64,000 nt of DNA from IMG/VR virus record IMGVR_UViG_3300023179_009086, positions 1 to 64,000 of that record. The stretch is one strand, 5' to 3'. Positions 47,101 to 56,500 of this stretch are shown one piece after another. How positions within the stretch are numbered: the stretch's first letter is position 1; each line of letters starts with the position of its first letter. A program made the translations under genes and the position numbers. Under the pieces are notes generated by a model that had not been told where the DNA came from, made no database searches, and worked only from the letters and a program-made list of their open reading frames with translations. Source of the DNA: a virus.

Positions 47101-47671
47101 CCGGGAACTTTGAGATAGATTCAACCATATAAGCATTTTCATGTGCCAATCGATCTTTAGCACCTGCACCCCTAATTCTGAATTCATCCTCTACTCTTAC
47201 AGAAATATAGTTATCAGAAAGAGCTTCACCAATATGTTTTTCTACTTGATAAAGCTCTTCTGCTCCCACAGATAAAATATTTTTAAGATTAGAACCATCT
47301 AGATTATAAGTCTTTGGTAGATTCAAAAAAATTCTATCTCTGATTGGATTATAAGAATCTGAACCTACAAAGTAGATAGATCTACTGATATCATCATTAG
47401 CCAACTGGTCGCCATCTTCAGCTAAAAATTTAATCTGATCTGTGTCTTTTAAAGTTAATAAATAAAGATTTCCAGAAACTTGTGGATTAGTTGTTAATAA
47501 TATAGAAGTATCAGAAACAAATACATTTAATATTTTTATAGCATCTTCTAGTCCAACGGAAGAGTTTACTTCAAAGTTATCTACAGTAATTAATGTAGAT
47601 AATTTTTTATTAAAACCTATTTCTAATTGGGTAGATGATATTACCTGTAATGTATTTGGTCTTAAAGCCAT
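38192..47671 (-). CDS. Giant baseplate wedge protein (P2 gpI/Mu gp48-like core) with LamG-like and Ig-like insertions
   Basis: Directly follows baseplate J. Internal LKNNFG...YRKALQG...GP segment, C-terminal LVNRLKPSHT, LamG-like strands (GTFSCWI, FHHIGASW, LFIDG, DEVKI, GTIEFWI, WHKVSAAW, IDNFRIS). Confidence 0.65.
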   Translation of the reverse strand: MALRPNTLQVISSTQLEIGFNKKLSTLITVDNFEVNSSVGLEDAIKILNVFVSDTSILLTTNPQVSGNLYLLTLKDTDQIKFLAEDGDQLANDDISRSIYFVGSDSYNPIRDRIFLNLPKTYNLDGSNLKNILSVGAEELYQVEKHIGEALSDNYISVRVEDEFRIRGAGAKDRLAHENAYMVESISKFPAGRNLIFKELYFNSNSKILSQKIVSDYPISLQQEFYSEEIIFSNLNTNISGYLLTLEKNNIIKLESLSIIKEATALCEQTEYIYNIEKLNYSIKDNRYDPKRAFSYNSLNSNQILLSESSGFILPSPGDLIKISYLYKDFSEKINIDSILVYNIEKVSYESIPQESTRFFLKNAPITNESGELGTIGDLSINGIDGNIFLYEIPFNTSKLPSSSGEYTVNYQTGEVIVFGDKNLFGTSSYQYYVNYFYRKTYTKDLDYYTDNNDFVATSGRSLQQNIATISFSYQQQFVENIDYKPEIHIEVLNEQVESNLLSTYTLKTKNAPITKVFSVYNQTTGETYQPISFYKNEITFSGLNPPKFSSINNSIPNFDKIQNEKIFPYFKFLNSIFKFKITNNLSLNNIIISPPIPSHLINLNSSEYLLKDINGEVQNMNIKFFADPDGNENINSFALTSSSDLPILNQEYYIGIYCLSIQLNNKNILNQKNDAIGTFVDSSLILNEKNFINEKYFFTDNEFYSSTKSKLIKNQENLSINTIALANLQNIGDYIVDYNNGIIHVSVGLNYDIDLGYASYEHAKIISDNVNIITCNGIYRKKVSSDKDYFYLTDKTSINNGIYIKNLNSCFELPNETTVLDFNNNEIETNIITEDYLIYTRLTPTLFYGLYELSSIFGSNSLNFNYREKASSKSDALESIVDNGKNLYLPSFNIINNYLDLKNNKNFKAKNNFGYTFSIPKENFGFIYSIKNLTLNLEISDQTLDGLKFNTEIYNVEDLNTESLIYLDVDLNINLLNDYVKDSIGLKFKILSYDIFTGETTVSNLPDISGYILPTIGVAKIVNEINITEVGSNVNINISEECLINNYDLIQITYLNDFIPLPGTRLATWYTSGSIYYNYTATTDNLVVSYEYGDNEINWQINNSILESETYYVTYKYGALRDSLKNNFGLLTKIPFFTKFLQNTDREIYRKALQGTLEAFSRGPVISSFENLIQKFTEQTPEISESFFGSWILGRDLLNPGNIEYNGILKFESGKFDSGVLIDNDVVITTPAKTGINLDEGTFSCWIRNDWHGINNDANLTFDFSKMAEIYFNLKFNSNIFKDQNFELFMSDDRYGITDWTGNNLSLYNYQYIENEEKIGPFGITKYHDRLNSSKFSKHSISFSATLTGSSASLSSFYRNDSGMLAERLSTLGMGGFISGLPVSSRGFLGDGLEIFLSYYSSPFVFSVGDENKVLLIAGALSPIINSETDKIYILKIKDENISQNETPNFDGPYIIKNCNCITYDDISSLELFRDENFNKIKITLTEEINISYLSEKFNILNDKINGCKYVLEDGRVYSIISFIDINENEIDFIPDDGNIYGFYVNRIPDNQQYITQLGSEVINSTRPSGNGIILTPVISIIREKFNSEYLYNFDPRPILVNFTSEELNLDIFRQPILNQVNLKINNYNFNIAYSDLLSAGQYSELFDFLNLNSWFNSEYNLNSEIDGISDLNNKIFIGCLDPVVKNKINISKFNYLIEEGLSLSNIYIGSGKSNPNNFIFTLNKDSKNVYGIPDINTDNKSIYIWFDENCKVDENNVGSWKIKSVIPNQSIVSIGPDGYALDGYNIEYESIELKDYIEGKITTDGGFSYAKSMLDDSECPIDSCDAKYRFCGQSLLENGGWKSIYNFGSDLINTIIGGTEHNINNWKKVGNFNTSLISNVYRINNIEDSNSYLYLPLNCIQDLQYEISFKVLDFDSNIIGSNSGKFSGNITGNLIGTTITEIFDGNKDIKISLAASSSQKYLAIIDGISKDILDLIPFNWADNNFYNLQVVINKYDNLITIYYKNNIISRIKYSTFNQYTYNCDNIIENGIYIKFNDKDIVSDNFIDLYNQISIDIDYIELNLNSSKIDTNLEDTDKLLIQTNLIDFKFYNKADGYLDAYGYMESGSDIDTLVLVSDLERYIFDSGEDLYQNRISIYKDFYGYLNFRIYDSLFKKDKNFYNISSNIKDFLPGEFHHIGASWRINTEYQQDEMHLFIDGKETPSLYRFGGYLSPWRDAKVGDIARDVIQDFSETKISYYEVYNDGQILAGENYLYSLSSSFTNDDIGKTIIIKNGNLASELNNKAFVIGSVDNKTIYLLDIENLTPYYFTTSATNIEFYRPPNIFGNQLNTIFSSTKFEIYQTDCQKVTTELGGVLYTVDNNLISIVENNVINPKYRINLNNGNIDFLYQDIDCNWVPSIEVSDLDIWIENFGLNKSKISEKINYSSNSILGPEYLNEVSGFITNMSKPIDLKSVKIKRILLDDTIPSGSLNENIFSFEINNNLDTSSIYQILNYGRLISIKFESDNINYCKDGYSDDNYLYIEGETSEGFASEYLSIVDNKIYQLINFYTKITKVSGNFKLIDIDYEPLVFSIFESDNITDENNNGDYAEIYKYSNGVFYITTYGSNGQVEYKLPSGSYLFEYPSYLKIKLPRVGEKIFLGSDILGNKKLGGLLDEVKIITEMSGDIRSYQSASTFARNITEEYISNKKPCLDEQTIFLSHFDDPFDLQIRRLRNKIFLNTKDNFKYKLNANDLELLSNFINNKIKFISEMKKLGYTDSIANETYVEAHRAEGGPLFNEAKYASNNELIVGYNSVNNNFKYSGKFYNTNPIFYSAPNIFDKNIGTIEFWISPLLSSDTDNKRRVIFDSYNVKTAFITPSSTSIIELPTSAEKIISITLPQKKDSLIYETNRYDEIFRSKISGRLEGGTGVFNNFASGATLKKDGKIIYLKTKLISNDPVIVKYFEKSSNESRIQIYFENQKIYFKISNKYFESFVYQPIDWISNSWHKVSAAWKINTGNDYLKLAIDGLTNSSSVLNGIISITDSLEQIYIGSRYDGFNSCLSRIDNFRISKNDRLQIKDSSGNYLDLNYSANLNTILPVKEDLYTSYINDFEIFENNNNYVTITDLIRGIYEFDIEVVDDFGKINSSEIEDLIVYLVNRLKPSHTNVLVKFKRKAC

Positions 47672-47678
47672 TTTTGCC

Positions 47679-50600
47679 CTAATTAATTCTAAATTTATCT
47701 TTTGAAACTGCGTTTATAATAATTGTACCAGGAATAATAGTCTGATTCTCTAAGGCATAAATAAAAGCTTTTCTTCCAGTTTCACCAGACTTATTAAATA
47801 AAGAAATATTAACTGAATCTACGCCTCTTACTCCTGCGGCAATAGAAGAAACATCAGAATAATCAACTCTTGATCCTAGCGAATTAGTAGTTAATAAACC
47901 AGTAATTGCTGTAATAACATTTTGTTCTATAGAAGTTGCTTCTGTTAAAAAATCATCATTTATTAAAATAGTTCCAGATACATCTACTGATATTGCAAAA
48001 GCCTCTTTTACTAAAACATCTGCAGTAATTGGTCTAGAAGCCTCAACTGCTTGGGTTGCATCAATAACAAGTCTATTTAAATTATATGTAATTTGCAATC
48101 TTTCTCCATTTTTTGGAGCCAAAAATGAATAATCAACATTATAATTTGTAAAAGAAATTGGCTGAGTAAAGGCTGTAGCTTCAAGCGTTCCTTTTAAAAT
48201 TCCAGATGCATTTTTAAAACCATTTAAAATTGATATAGAGTTAATTCTTCCAAAAATATTATTTGTAATTTTTACTCCAGAAGTTCTAGCATAAATATCT
48301 TCTTGCTCATTGGTATTAAAAATTTGACAAGATACGATAATGGTATCGCCAGAGTTAAATGAAATAGGATTATTAGAATGAGATGGTATAGAAAATTTTA
48401 AAGATGATAACAAAGAATCTTTAGAAGATCTATTTTGATCATATAAATTATTTAATAATCCATAACCGTGAATATCCAAATCATAAGAAACGCCACCTGA
48501 TAAGTAAGAAGCTTTATCTATTTTTGCAATACCATATGTATCTGGAATTGAAGATATATTTAATTTTGATGATAAAGCATTTGTAATGTCAATAATATTA
48601 CCATTAGTATTAATTCCAGATATTTCTAAATTATATCTATTAAAAGAAATGCCTTGTACTTTTATTTTTCCTGGATTAGTGATCGAAGAAAATACAAATC
48701 TTAACTGAGCCGGACCATATCTAAATACAGAAGATGGTATTGAATTAATAAAATTAAAATCAATTGGTTGATTTAAAATATCTATAGTTCCACCAATGCT
48801 GATTAATGTATTGGCATTGGCAATAGATTGAATAGGCAAATTAACTAAATCTGTTTGAGAAATTAAAAAGTCTATTTTAGAAACATAAGAAACATAAATA
48901 GGTGATTGGTTTGCAAATAAACTATCGACTAAAGTATTAATACCCTGAGCGTCTCTAGCCTGCTCACTTGGAAGAGTAATTATATTATTGGAAAAAGTTC
49001 CATCGGTCCCTTCAAAGTTATATAATTCTATTTTATTATAGAAAACTTCAACAGCCTCACCGGCAGAGCCCATAGAATCTGTAGGTAGAATAATTTTTTT
49101 CCCAATAATACTACCATTATTTAATGTTGTATTATATAATTCTAAACTATCAGAAGATCTTCTAATAGAAATTACATTATTAATTGTTTCATTAAGAACT
49201 GATAAATCTACACCAAAACTTTCTACTCCATTTACTGTAATAATTGATATTATTGAGTTTATAGAAGATTCAGTCCAAATAGAAGCAATAGAAGTAATAT
49301 TATTTAATATTTCAACTTGATACTCTAAAGCGTCATTACTTAATGTAATTAAAGATTCTTCTTTAAAGATACCATTAGGAGTAGTCCAATCTATAACATC
49401 ATTACTAGATCTTGTTTTATAAACAGATATATTGTCATATCCTGCAAAATCAACGGCAGGATCAAAATATTTTCTCCAAATATAATTAACAGAAATTACA
49501 TCAGATGGAGTAGGTAGTTGTCTACCAGAAATTGTAATTTGTCCGTCCATATTAAGACCAGTTTTTTCATCAAAATTTTGATCAGAAATAATATAAACTT
49601 CACCAGTAGTTAAATTTTGTACTCGGCTAACTCTAATAACTGGTTTGTGAATAAGATTTATAATATTTCTATTAGTTTTATTAACAAATGAAGCTTCATT
49701 AGTTTCTGAAATATCTAAATAAACATATTCTAAATTATTTATATCTGTAAAATTTAAAGAATCAATACTATTAATTGTACCTTTAGAAATTGATTCTCCA
49801 AGAACTTTTTTAGATCCAGAGATAAAATGAATTTTATCATAACCAAATGGACTTCCGCCAACACTATCTGAGACATCTTTTATTAGTTCAAAATTTCCAA
49901 TTGTTTCACCATATTGGTTAATATATTTTTGAACTAGCTCTCCAGATTGACTACCTGTAATTGAAATTACATTGCTGACCGGTTGAAGTGGTAAATTATT
50001 ATTTTTTAAAGCTAAAAATCTTCTTTCTTCTATTGTTCTAGTTAAATCTTGATTTTGTTGTCCAAGAACATAGTCATTTTCCTCTCGAGTGGGATCTCCT
50101 TTTCCAGATAGATCTGTAAAAATATATGATTCAGAAATTGATTCAGTTTTAGTTCCAAGAACATAAATATCTACTTTTCCACCATTTCCTGAATTTAAAA
50201 TTCTAGTTCCACCGTCAGAAGTTGCTATAGTTTCAGTTCCATCTCTTAACATAAGAGAGCTTCCTGGTTCCACTACAATAGCATCTTGAATTCCATTCAA
50301 TGATAAAACTGCATTTCTATAACCAGCACTAGTTCCAATATTTGCCCCACTGAATATAGACAAAATTCTAGATCTAAATCCATCATCTCCTTCGCGATTT
50401 TGACCGCCAGAAAATGAAGATAGATTTGTTACAACTAATCCATTAAGATTGACATCCAAAGAAATCATTTGAAGGGAAGAGATATTTCCGGCAGTACCAA
50501 TTCTTGTACATTGAACTGGAACTTCCAAAGCATAATTAGCAGTTATACCAGCTAAATTTAAAGATTTTTTTAATCTATTAGCATTAGCACTCAACCTGCC

Positions 50601-50990
50601 CTTATCTCCAACGGACATGGAATAATTTCCAAGAGTTTTATAAGTTAGACCATTTCTAGAAGTTGCTGTAGTACCAGTTGGAATTGGAATATCTGAAGAT
50701 AAATTATTTGTACAAATAACAATAAATCCAGAAGCTGGAGATCCAGTTTTTCTACCTATACCAAAATTACTAGCCAATAAATCTAAATCTTGACCAGAAG
50801 AAGATGCTAAAGATTGTTTTTGAGATACAACGTTTAAAACATTGTAAAATCTAGCAATTTGGTCAGCTGGAAGATCAATAAAAAGATCTCTAGAAACACT
50901 TCCAGGCTTGGTATCTAAATTTGGTTGGCTAATTTTAAGCCTTTCAATCATAGAATTTACGATATCACTAAAACCTCTAGAACTAGCCAT
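47679..50990 (-). CDS. Baseplate J/gp6-like wedge protein with a large central insertion
   Basis: PGSVSRD, SGQDLDLLASNFGIGRK, GTAGNI, GGQNREGDDGFRSRI, GGKVDIYV, and C-terminal LG..VDYSDV...GVRGVDSV. Confidence 0.85.
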   Translation of the reverse strand: MASSRGFSDIVNSMIERLKISQPNLDTKPGSVSRDLFIDLPADQIARFYNVLNVVSQKQSLASSSGQDLDLLASNFGIGRKTGSPASGFIVICTNNLSSDIPIPTGTTATSRNGLTYKTLGNYSMSVGDKGRLSANANRLKKSLNLAGITANYALEVPVQCTRIGTAGNISSLQMISLDVNLNGLVVTNLSSFSGGQNREGDDGFRSRILSIFSGANIGTSAGYRNAVLSLNGIQDAIVVEPGSSLMLRDGTETIATSDGGTRILNSGNGGKVDIYVLGTKTESISESYIFTDLSGKGDPTREENDYVLGQQNQDLTRTIEERRFLALKNNNLPLQPVSNVISITGSQSGELVQKYINQYGETIGNFELIKDVSDSVGGSPFGYDKIHFISGSKKVLGESISKGTINSIDSLNFTDINNLEYVYLDISETNEASFVNKTNRNIINLIHKPVIRVSRVQNLTTGEVYIISDQNFDEKTGLNMDGQITISGRQLPTPSDVISVNYIWRKYFDPAVDFAGYDNISVYKTRSSNDVIDWTTPNGIFKEESLITLSNDALEYQVEILNNITSIASIWTESSINSIISIITVNGVESFGVDLSVLNETINNVISIRRSSDSLELYNTTLNNGSIIGKKIILPTDSMGSAGEAVEVFYNKIELYNFEGTDGTFSNNIITLPSEQARDAQGINTLVDSLFANQSPIYVSYVSKIDFLISQTDLVNLPIQSIANANTLISIGGTIDILNQPIDFNFINSIPSSVFRYGPAQLRFVFSSITNPGKIKVQGISFNRYNLEISGINTNGNIIDITNALSSKLNISSIPDTYGIAKIDKASYLSGGVSYDLDIHGYGLLNNLYDQNRSSKDSLLSSLKFSIPSHSNNPISFNSGDTIIVSCQIFNTNEQEDIYARTSGVKITNNIFGRINSISILNGFKNASGILKGTLEATAFTQPISFTNYNVDYSFLAPKNGERLQITYNLNRLVIDATQAVEASRPITADVLVKEAFAISVDVSGTILINDDFLTEATSIEQNVITAITGLLTTNSLGSRVDYSDVSSIAAGVRGVDSVNISLFNKSGETGRKAFIYALENQTIIPGTIIINAVSKDKFRIN

Positions 50991-51000
50991 AAAATACCTC

Positions 51001-51429
51001 TTACATTAACCTAATAGTAATATTATCAAAAACTTCTGTCAATTGCTGGGTTAGAACAGATATTCTTAAATTATATAATCTTGGATCTACATTATCTCTT
51101 AAAACACCAATATCTAAAACAGAGACTATAACTTCTGCCGGAGATAAAGTTTGAGATCTTGCTTGTCTTTTCTGCATAGCAATTAGTCCGTTTATTGCAG
51201 ATAAAGCAGTATTTTTTATTTCTGCTTCTGTTAATTTAAAATCTGTAGATCCAATTTCTATTTGTCCCAATCCACTGCCATATCCTGGATGATACTTATT
51301 ATCACCATAAGCAGTTAATAAAATTTTAATAATATCTTGTCTTAATTTTTGATTTCCAGAGACCGTAACAATATATCCAGAATTATCTATCTGCAAATCA
51401 CCTTTAAAAATTTTTAAATCAAATGACAT
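51001..51429 (-). CDS. Baseplate wedge subunit gp25/gpW-like
   Basis: GDLQID, VSGNQKLRQDIIKILLT..G...YHPGYGS. Directly upstream of baseplate J. Confidence 0.82.
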   Translation of the reverse strand: MSFDLKIFKGDLQIDNSGYIVTVSGNQKLRQDIIKILLTAYGDNKYHPGYGSGLGQIEIGSTDFKLTEAEIKNTALSAINGLIAMQKRQARSQTLSPAEVIVSVLDIGVLRDNVDPRLYNLRISVLTQQLTEVFDNITIRLM

Positions 51430-51494
51430 TTTTCAACCTAATTATCTATAGAAAAATAATAGATAAATATAGGTAAAATTATGCATTTAATTAT

Positions 51495-53531
51495 TTACCC
51501 CACCAATAGTTCGACAAATAACTTATATACTGAATAAACTCTTTCTGTTAAAACATTAACAGCTTCTCCAATAGGAATTTCTGAAATTTGTCTTTTTCTT
51601 TCATCATCAAAAGTATCAGGATTAACTTGAAGATACATCATATCTATTTGAGATTTAGTCATTAAAGAAATTAAATATTTTTCTTCAATTGTGAGCATAG
51701 CAATAATTATTGCAATTAAATCGACAATTCCAACACCACTTCTGATTCCAATTATTACTTCTAAATCTTTAGCAACCCCACTTCCAACTGAGTTTTCAGT
51801 TTTTGCTTTTCTATCTTCTTGCTCAATTCTTTGATTGATATATTTTCTTGGAACTTGAACTAAATTTACCAAAGAAGACATAAGATAAGAATCAGGTATA
51901 GAGGAATTGCGATTAATATCAGTTTGAAGATTAAGAGAATCTTGTTCAGAATCTTTAGTACCAAGCAATAACATTATAGAATCTTCAATAAGAGCATAAT
52001 TATTTAAAATAACTCTTTCTTTAGAGAGTTCTCTATCAACTACTGGAACTGCTGATAGAACTGAAGATTTTGGATCATAGCAACTTCCAAAAAGACCTTT
52101 ACCGGTTCTTCTTTGCGTTACAGAGATTTGTTCTATATTTTTTTTAGTACTTTCAGCTAAAGCTTCTAGTGTATCTAGCATTCTAATAATTAATAATGAT
52201 TCTAAATAACCTAAAAGCTCTCCAGAAACACTTGTTTGAGCTATTTGTTTACTATTATCTTCTCCTATTAAATAAGGTATGGCACTATCTTCGTAGGCTT
52301 TAGTTCCGGAAATAACATCTGTCCTTATTCTAATAATAGTTTCTAGCAAACTAGACTTTAAATAATTTCCATTAACTATTCTTTTTGTTATTGGTAAAAA
52401 TGGTTCTGCAACAATTTTGTTTGAATCATTAATACATTTTGAAATTCTTCCATCTTTAACTAATGGAAAAAGTAATGAAGAATAACTATATATATTTTTT
52501 TCAATATTATTTAAAGAAAGATCACTAGGTTCTTTTAAAATTAAATCATTATAAAGTTTATTTATATCATTAGAGTTTAAGAAATTAGAGGAATCTTCAC
52601 TTATGTACGCATAATAAATAAATAATAAATATCCAGTATAATTTGCTTTAAAAGTTTCTTGATTATTATCATAAAATTCTTTTGGGGTCTTAATAGACCA
52701 AGAAATAGGATCTCCTCCACTTCTATCTTTTTGATAGATTTCCTCTACTTTTTGCAATAAATTTTTTCCATCTTCTATTTTTTTAGATAATAATGCTGAT
52801 ATATAATTATTATATTTAGTTTCTAAATTTTGTATTACATCTTCGGAATTTTGATCGGCTTCTATTAGTTGATTAAGTATGTCTGAAAAAGTTTGTATTT
52901 CTGTAACTGCTTCTTCAGAAAAATTTCTTTCTTTTCTTAAAAAATCTGCTGAACTTATATTAGTATCAACAAGATTAAAATGTGAAATTCCAGCGTTGCA
53001 TCCAATAGTGCTAAAAGCTTGTCTTATATCTAAATAAGAAGTATAAATATTTTCAGCATTAACTTTATTAGTTTGTAATATACCATTGCTATCAACTATT
53101 GATAAAGTTATTCCTTTAGTATCTTCATCTATATCTTCCCAAGATGGAAGCCCTAACATTCTAAAAAAAGCATTTTGATAACTTTCTAATGGCGTTGATT
53201 CATTAGATATTTCTTCAAAAATGGTGCTTATTCCATCTGGATTATTAATTGTTGATGTAATAGCTTCAAAAATACTAGATGGTAAATAACTAGATCTTGT
53301 ATCTTCAATTGATTTAATAAATGTATCAAATTCTGTATTAATTAAACTAAAAGCATATTTATAAAAATTTTTATTAGAATTATCTTGTTCATCTATATCT
53401 ACGAAAGTCTCTGAAACATTAGCCTGAGCTTCTTTTAATATATTTATAAAACTAGATTCTTCTGATCCAAAAAGAAGATTGTTATCAGAAATAATTCCTA
53501 TAATTTTATCAATATTTGCTTGAGAAGACAT
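51495..53531 (-). CDS. Hypothetical, probably structural protein
   Basis: 678-aa ORF with TAATG coupling to the 2662-aa gene, inside the baseplate module. Confidence 0.6.
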   Translation of the reverse strand: MSSQANIDKIIGIISDNNLLFGSEESSFINILKEAQANVSETFVDIDEQDNSNKNFYKYAFSLINTEFDTFIKSIEDTRSSYLPSSIFEAITSTINNPDGISTIFEEISNESTPLESYQNAFFRMLGLPSWEDIDEDTKGITLSIVDSNGILQTNKVNAENIYTSYLDIRQAFSTIGCNAGISHFNLVDTNISSADFLRKERNFSEEAVTEIQTFSDILNQLIEADQNSEDVIQNLETKYNNYISALLSKKIEDGKNLLQKVEEIYQKDRSGGDPISWSIKTPKEFYDNNQETFKANYTGYLLFIYYAYISEDSSNFLNSNDINKLYNDLILKEPSDLSLNNIEKNIYSYSSLLFPLVKDGRISKCINDSNKIVAEPFLPITKRIVNGNYLKSSLLETIIRIRTDVISGTKAYEDSAIPYLIGEDNSKQIAQTSVSGELLGYLESLLIIRMLDTLEALAESTKKNIEQISVTQRRTGKGLFGSCYDPKSSVLSAVPVVDRELSKERVILNNYALIEDSIMLLLGTKDSEQDSLNLQTDINRNSSIPDSYLMSSLVNLVQVPRKYINQRIEQEDRKAKTENSVGSGVAKDLEVIIGIRSGVGIVDLIAIIIAMLTIEEKYLISLMTKSQIDMMYLQVNPDTFDDERKRQISEIPIGEAVNVLTERVYSVYKLFVELLVG

Positions 53532-56500
53532 TAATTTACCATATCTGTAAAAGCTACTTGAGGATTTAGACTTGGAGTTCCATTACCAGAATCATCTGTA
53601 GAATCAACAAATTGATTGCCAGTAAATAATACAGTTAAAATTCTATCAACTTTGACTAAAGCTCCCGGTGGAAAGATTTCTGGCGAAATAGTGGTAGCTG
53701 TAGCATCGGGAATACAATCTGAAGAATCTCCAGTAGTAGTAGTTGTAATAACAGTAGAAATACCCCTATCTGTTACGGCCTGAACTATTACATTGCAAAT
53801 ACTTGCTTTAATGGTAACTTTACCAGGAGTCTTAGAAGTTATTTTGGCAGTATAAATAGATCCATTTTTTGCCCATAAAAGATCTTGATTTTTATCTATT
53901 TTCTCAATACTAGCACCAGTAGCAGTAGTATCTGAAACAATTGTAATCGCAATTTTTTCTCTAGCATCTAAAGAATCAATGATTTCATCATCATATGAAT
54001 CTCTAGGTATGATTTGAATGGTAGCGGAATCTCCAGCTTTTATAGTTACCGAATCACCGATTCCAGAAGCATATTCCATGGCGCCAGTAATGGTAGGCAT
54101 GGTAGATACGGCACCGTCTGTTACAACTTCTGTAACAATATTGGATGGATCAATATATCCTTCTAAATCAGTTTCATCAGTATCTTCAATTAATTTAAAA
54201 GTAGTATTTAATGGATTAATAACAAACTTACAAGAATCGTCAATTGCTTTATTTGTACAATCAACCAAATTAGTATAAGCTGACATTACACTTTCCACAG
54301 ATATAGTACTTGGAATATCTCCAACTGCTAATTTTTCTCTTATCTTAACAACAATACCTTTTTCTCCAACAAAGAAGTCTATAAAATCTGTGACACAATT
54401 AAGATATGGTCTAACTATGTCTCCTCCAAAATCTGAGTTAAATCCTGGAAGATCTAATAATAATTCATTGGTTTGAGAAGCACCACAAGCGGCAGCAATA
54501 TCATCCGCTACTTGTCTTAAATCAACAAAGTAAATTTGTGGAAAATTATAGACATCAATAGTATTAATAGCATATTGAAAGTCATCATTTTCTGCCCAAT
54601 TTCCATTAGCAAAATCATAAATACCATAGTCAAGATATGGGAAGTTAAATAATTCTGGATTATCAATTAAAACAGTAGGATCTATAGTATTTAAAAGATT
54701 TTCTAAATAAATTTTAAATTTAGAAGCTCCACCTACTCCTACATAATCATCGGATAATTCTGTAAAGGGGTTTCCAGATAAAAATAAATCATCATTTAAC
54801 TTTCTATAATTCAAATACAATGTATAAGGATCAGTAGTACTACCATCACCGCTGATGGCAATTGGTTTTTTAGATCCAAATATACCAGGATCTTTTTCTA
54901 TCCAAGAAACAGAACCATTTAATAATAAAAAGATATCTACGGAAATTCCTTCAAAGAATCCAGCATTGGCTTGCATTTTCAAAATAGCGTCACCAAGTTC
55001 TTCGCGATATCCTTGGTTAAAGACTCCAGAACTTGAATTACCTCCTTGAGCACAATAATTTAGTAAATCGTCTACCATCCGGCTCTTAAATAAACCTCCT
55101 TTTTGTTCATAAGAAGCCGTTTTTCTAATAACTTGTCTTTCTTCTCTATCAAATTTTTGAGTTTCTGCGGCTGGAAAATTAATCATTTTTGCAAAAATAT
55201 TATCAACTACTGGATATTTAATTCCATTAATTTCATCAAATCTAATTGATAATCCATTTTCTTCTATAAAATAAACGTTAAATTTTTCATCTACAATGGC
55301 AAAAGATGGTATTCCTCCAAAAGTTTTTGTCACAGTGGTGGTAGTAGTAATTGGTTCATATGTAATTGGATCAATTGTAGATTCAATAACTTCTATATCT
55401 GCCACCAGTGGTTTTGCTTTATAGGTATAAGTTCCATTAGATCCAGTTCCAGCATATTCGATAAAATCGGAAAATCCATCAATGGGGCTAATTAACTTTA
55501 TATTTTCTTGATTAATTGTTGATCCGGTATGAATTTCTAGGGAATTGCCATTTTTACTCAACATAGCTGGAGGAGAATCTAATGTAAATAAATCATCTAT
55601 AATTTTTTTCTTAAAGAAAATTCCAATAATGCCCCAGGCATAATCACTAGTTAAACCAGCTGATTTAAATTGGAATTCTACAAATCTAGGATCATTTTTT
55701 CGATCTAAAGTAGCCGTACCAAATGAGAATCTTTTTTTAGATTTAGTGCAAGAAATTCCAAAAGAACCATCAAAGGTTCCGCCATTAAATCTTAACTTTC
55801 CATAATTTATATTATCTATAAATCCATCACCATCTTGATCGCCTGAAAAATATCCACCTTCTAAAACTACTTTATTTTCATTTGTTTGAGAATCAATAAG
55901 ATCAGGAAGTGGATTTCCTGCATATCCGGTGTTGTTTGGAACAACAATATAGGTACCATTATTAATGGCTTCAGAAACTTTATATAAAACATTGTTGACA
56001 GGATTACCAGCCCCATCTTCTGGTGGATTATTATAATCAACATCTATAATTTGTTCTGGATCATTATTTTCAGAATCAGGTGTATTTCCATTTTCACCAG
56101 TTCTTTCTACTGAAAGGTTGGTATAGTCTTGTGCCAATGGAATCATAGCATCTGGAACAATAAAACCTCTTGGAGCAACCCTGCCAACAATTAATCCTGC
56201 TAACATTGAAGGATCGATACAAGCGGGTTCATCTTCATCTTGGGTGATCTGGCATGGGAAGGAAAAAACCAGTTGAAGTAGCTCTAGTATTAATCCTAAA
56301 ATTTGAACTATTGGTTCAATAACTTGCAAATCAGCTTCAATAGTTAAAAGATGTTCATTTAATACTAATTCTAAATTTTTAATTGATTCAAAATCTCTTC
56401 TTCTGACAGCTATATCTAGTGCTGTTATAGTTTCATTAATAGCAACAATAATTCCTAAAATTTTTTGAATAACACAAAGTAATAACTCTAATATATGCAA

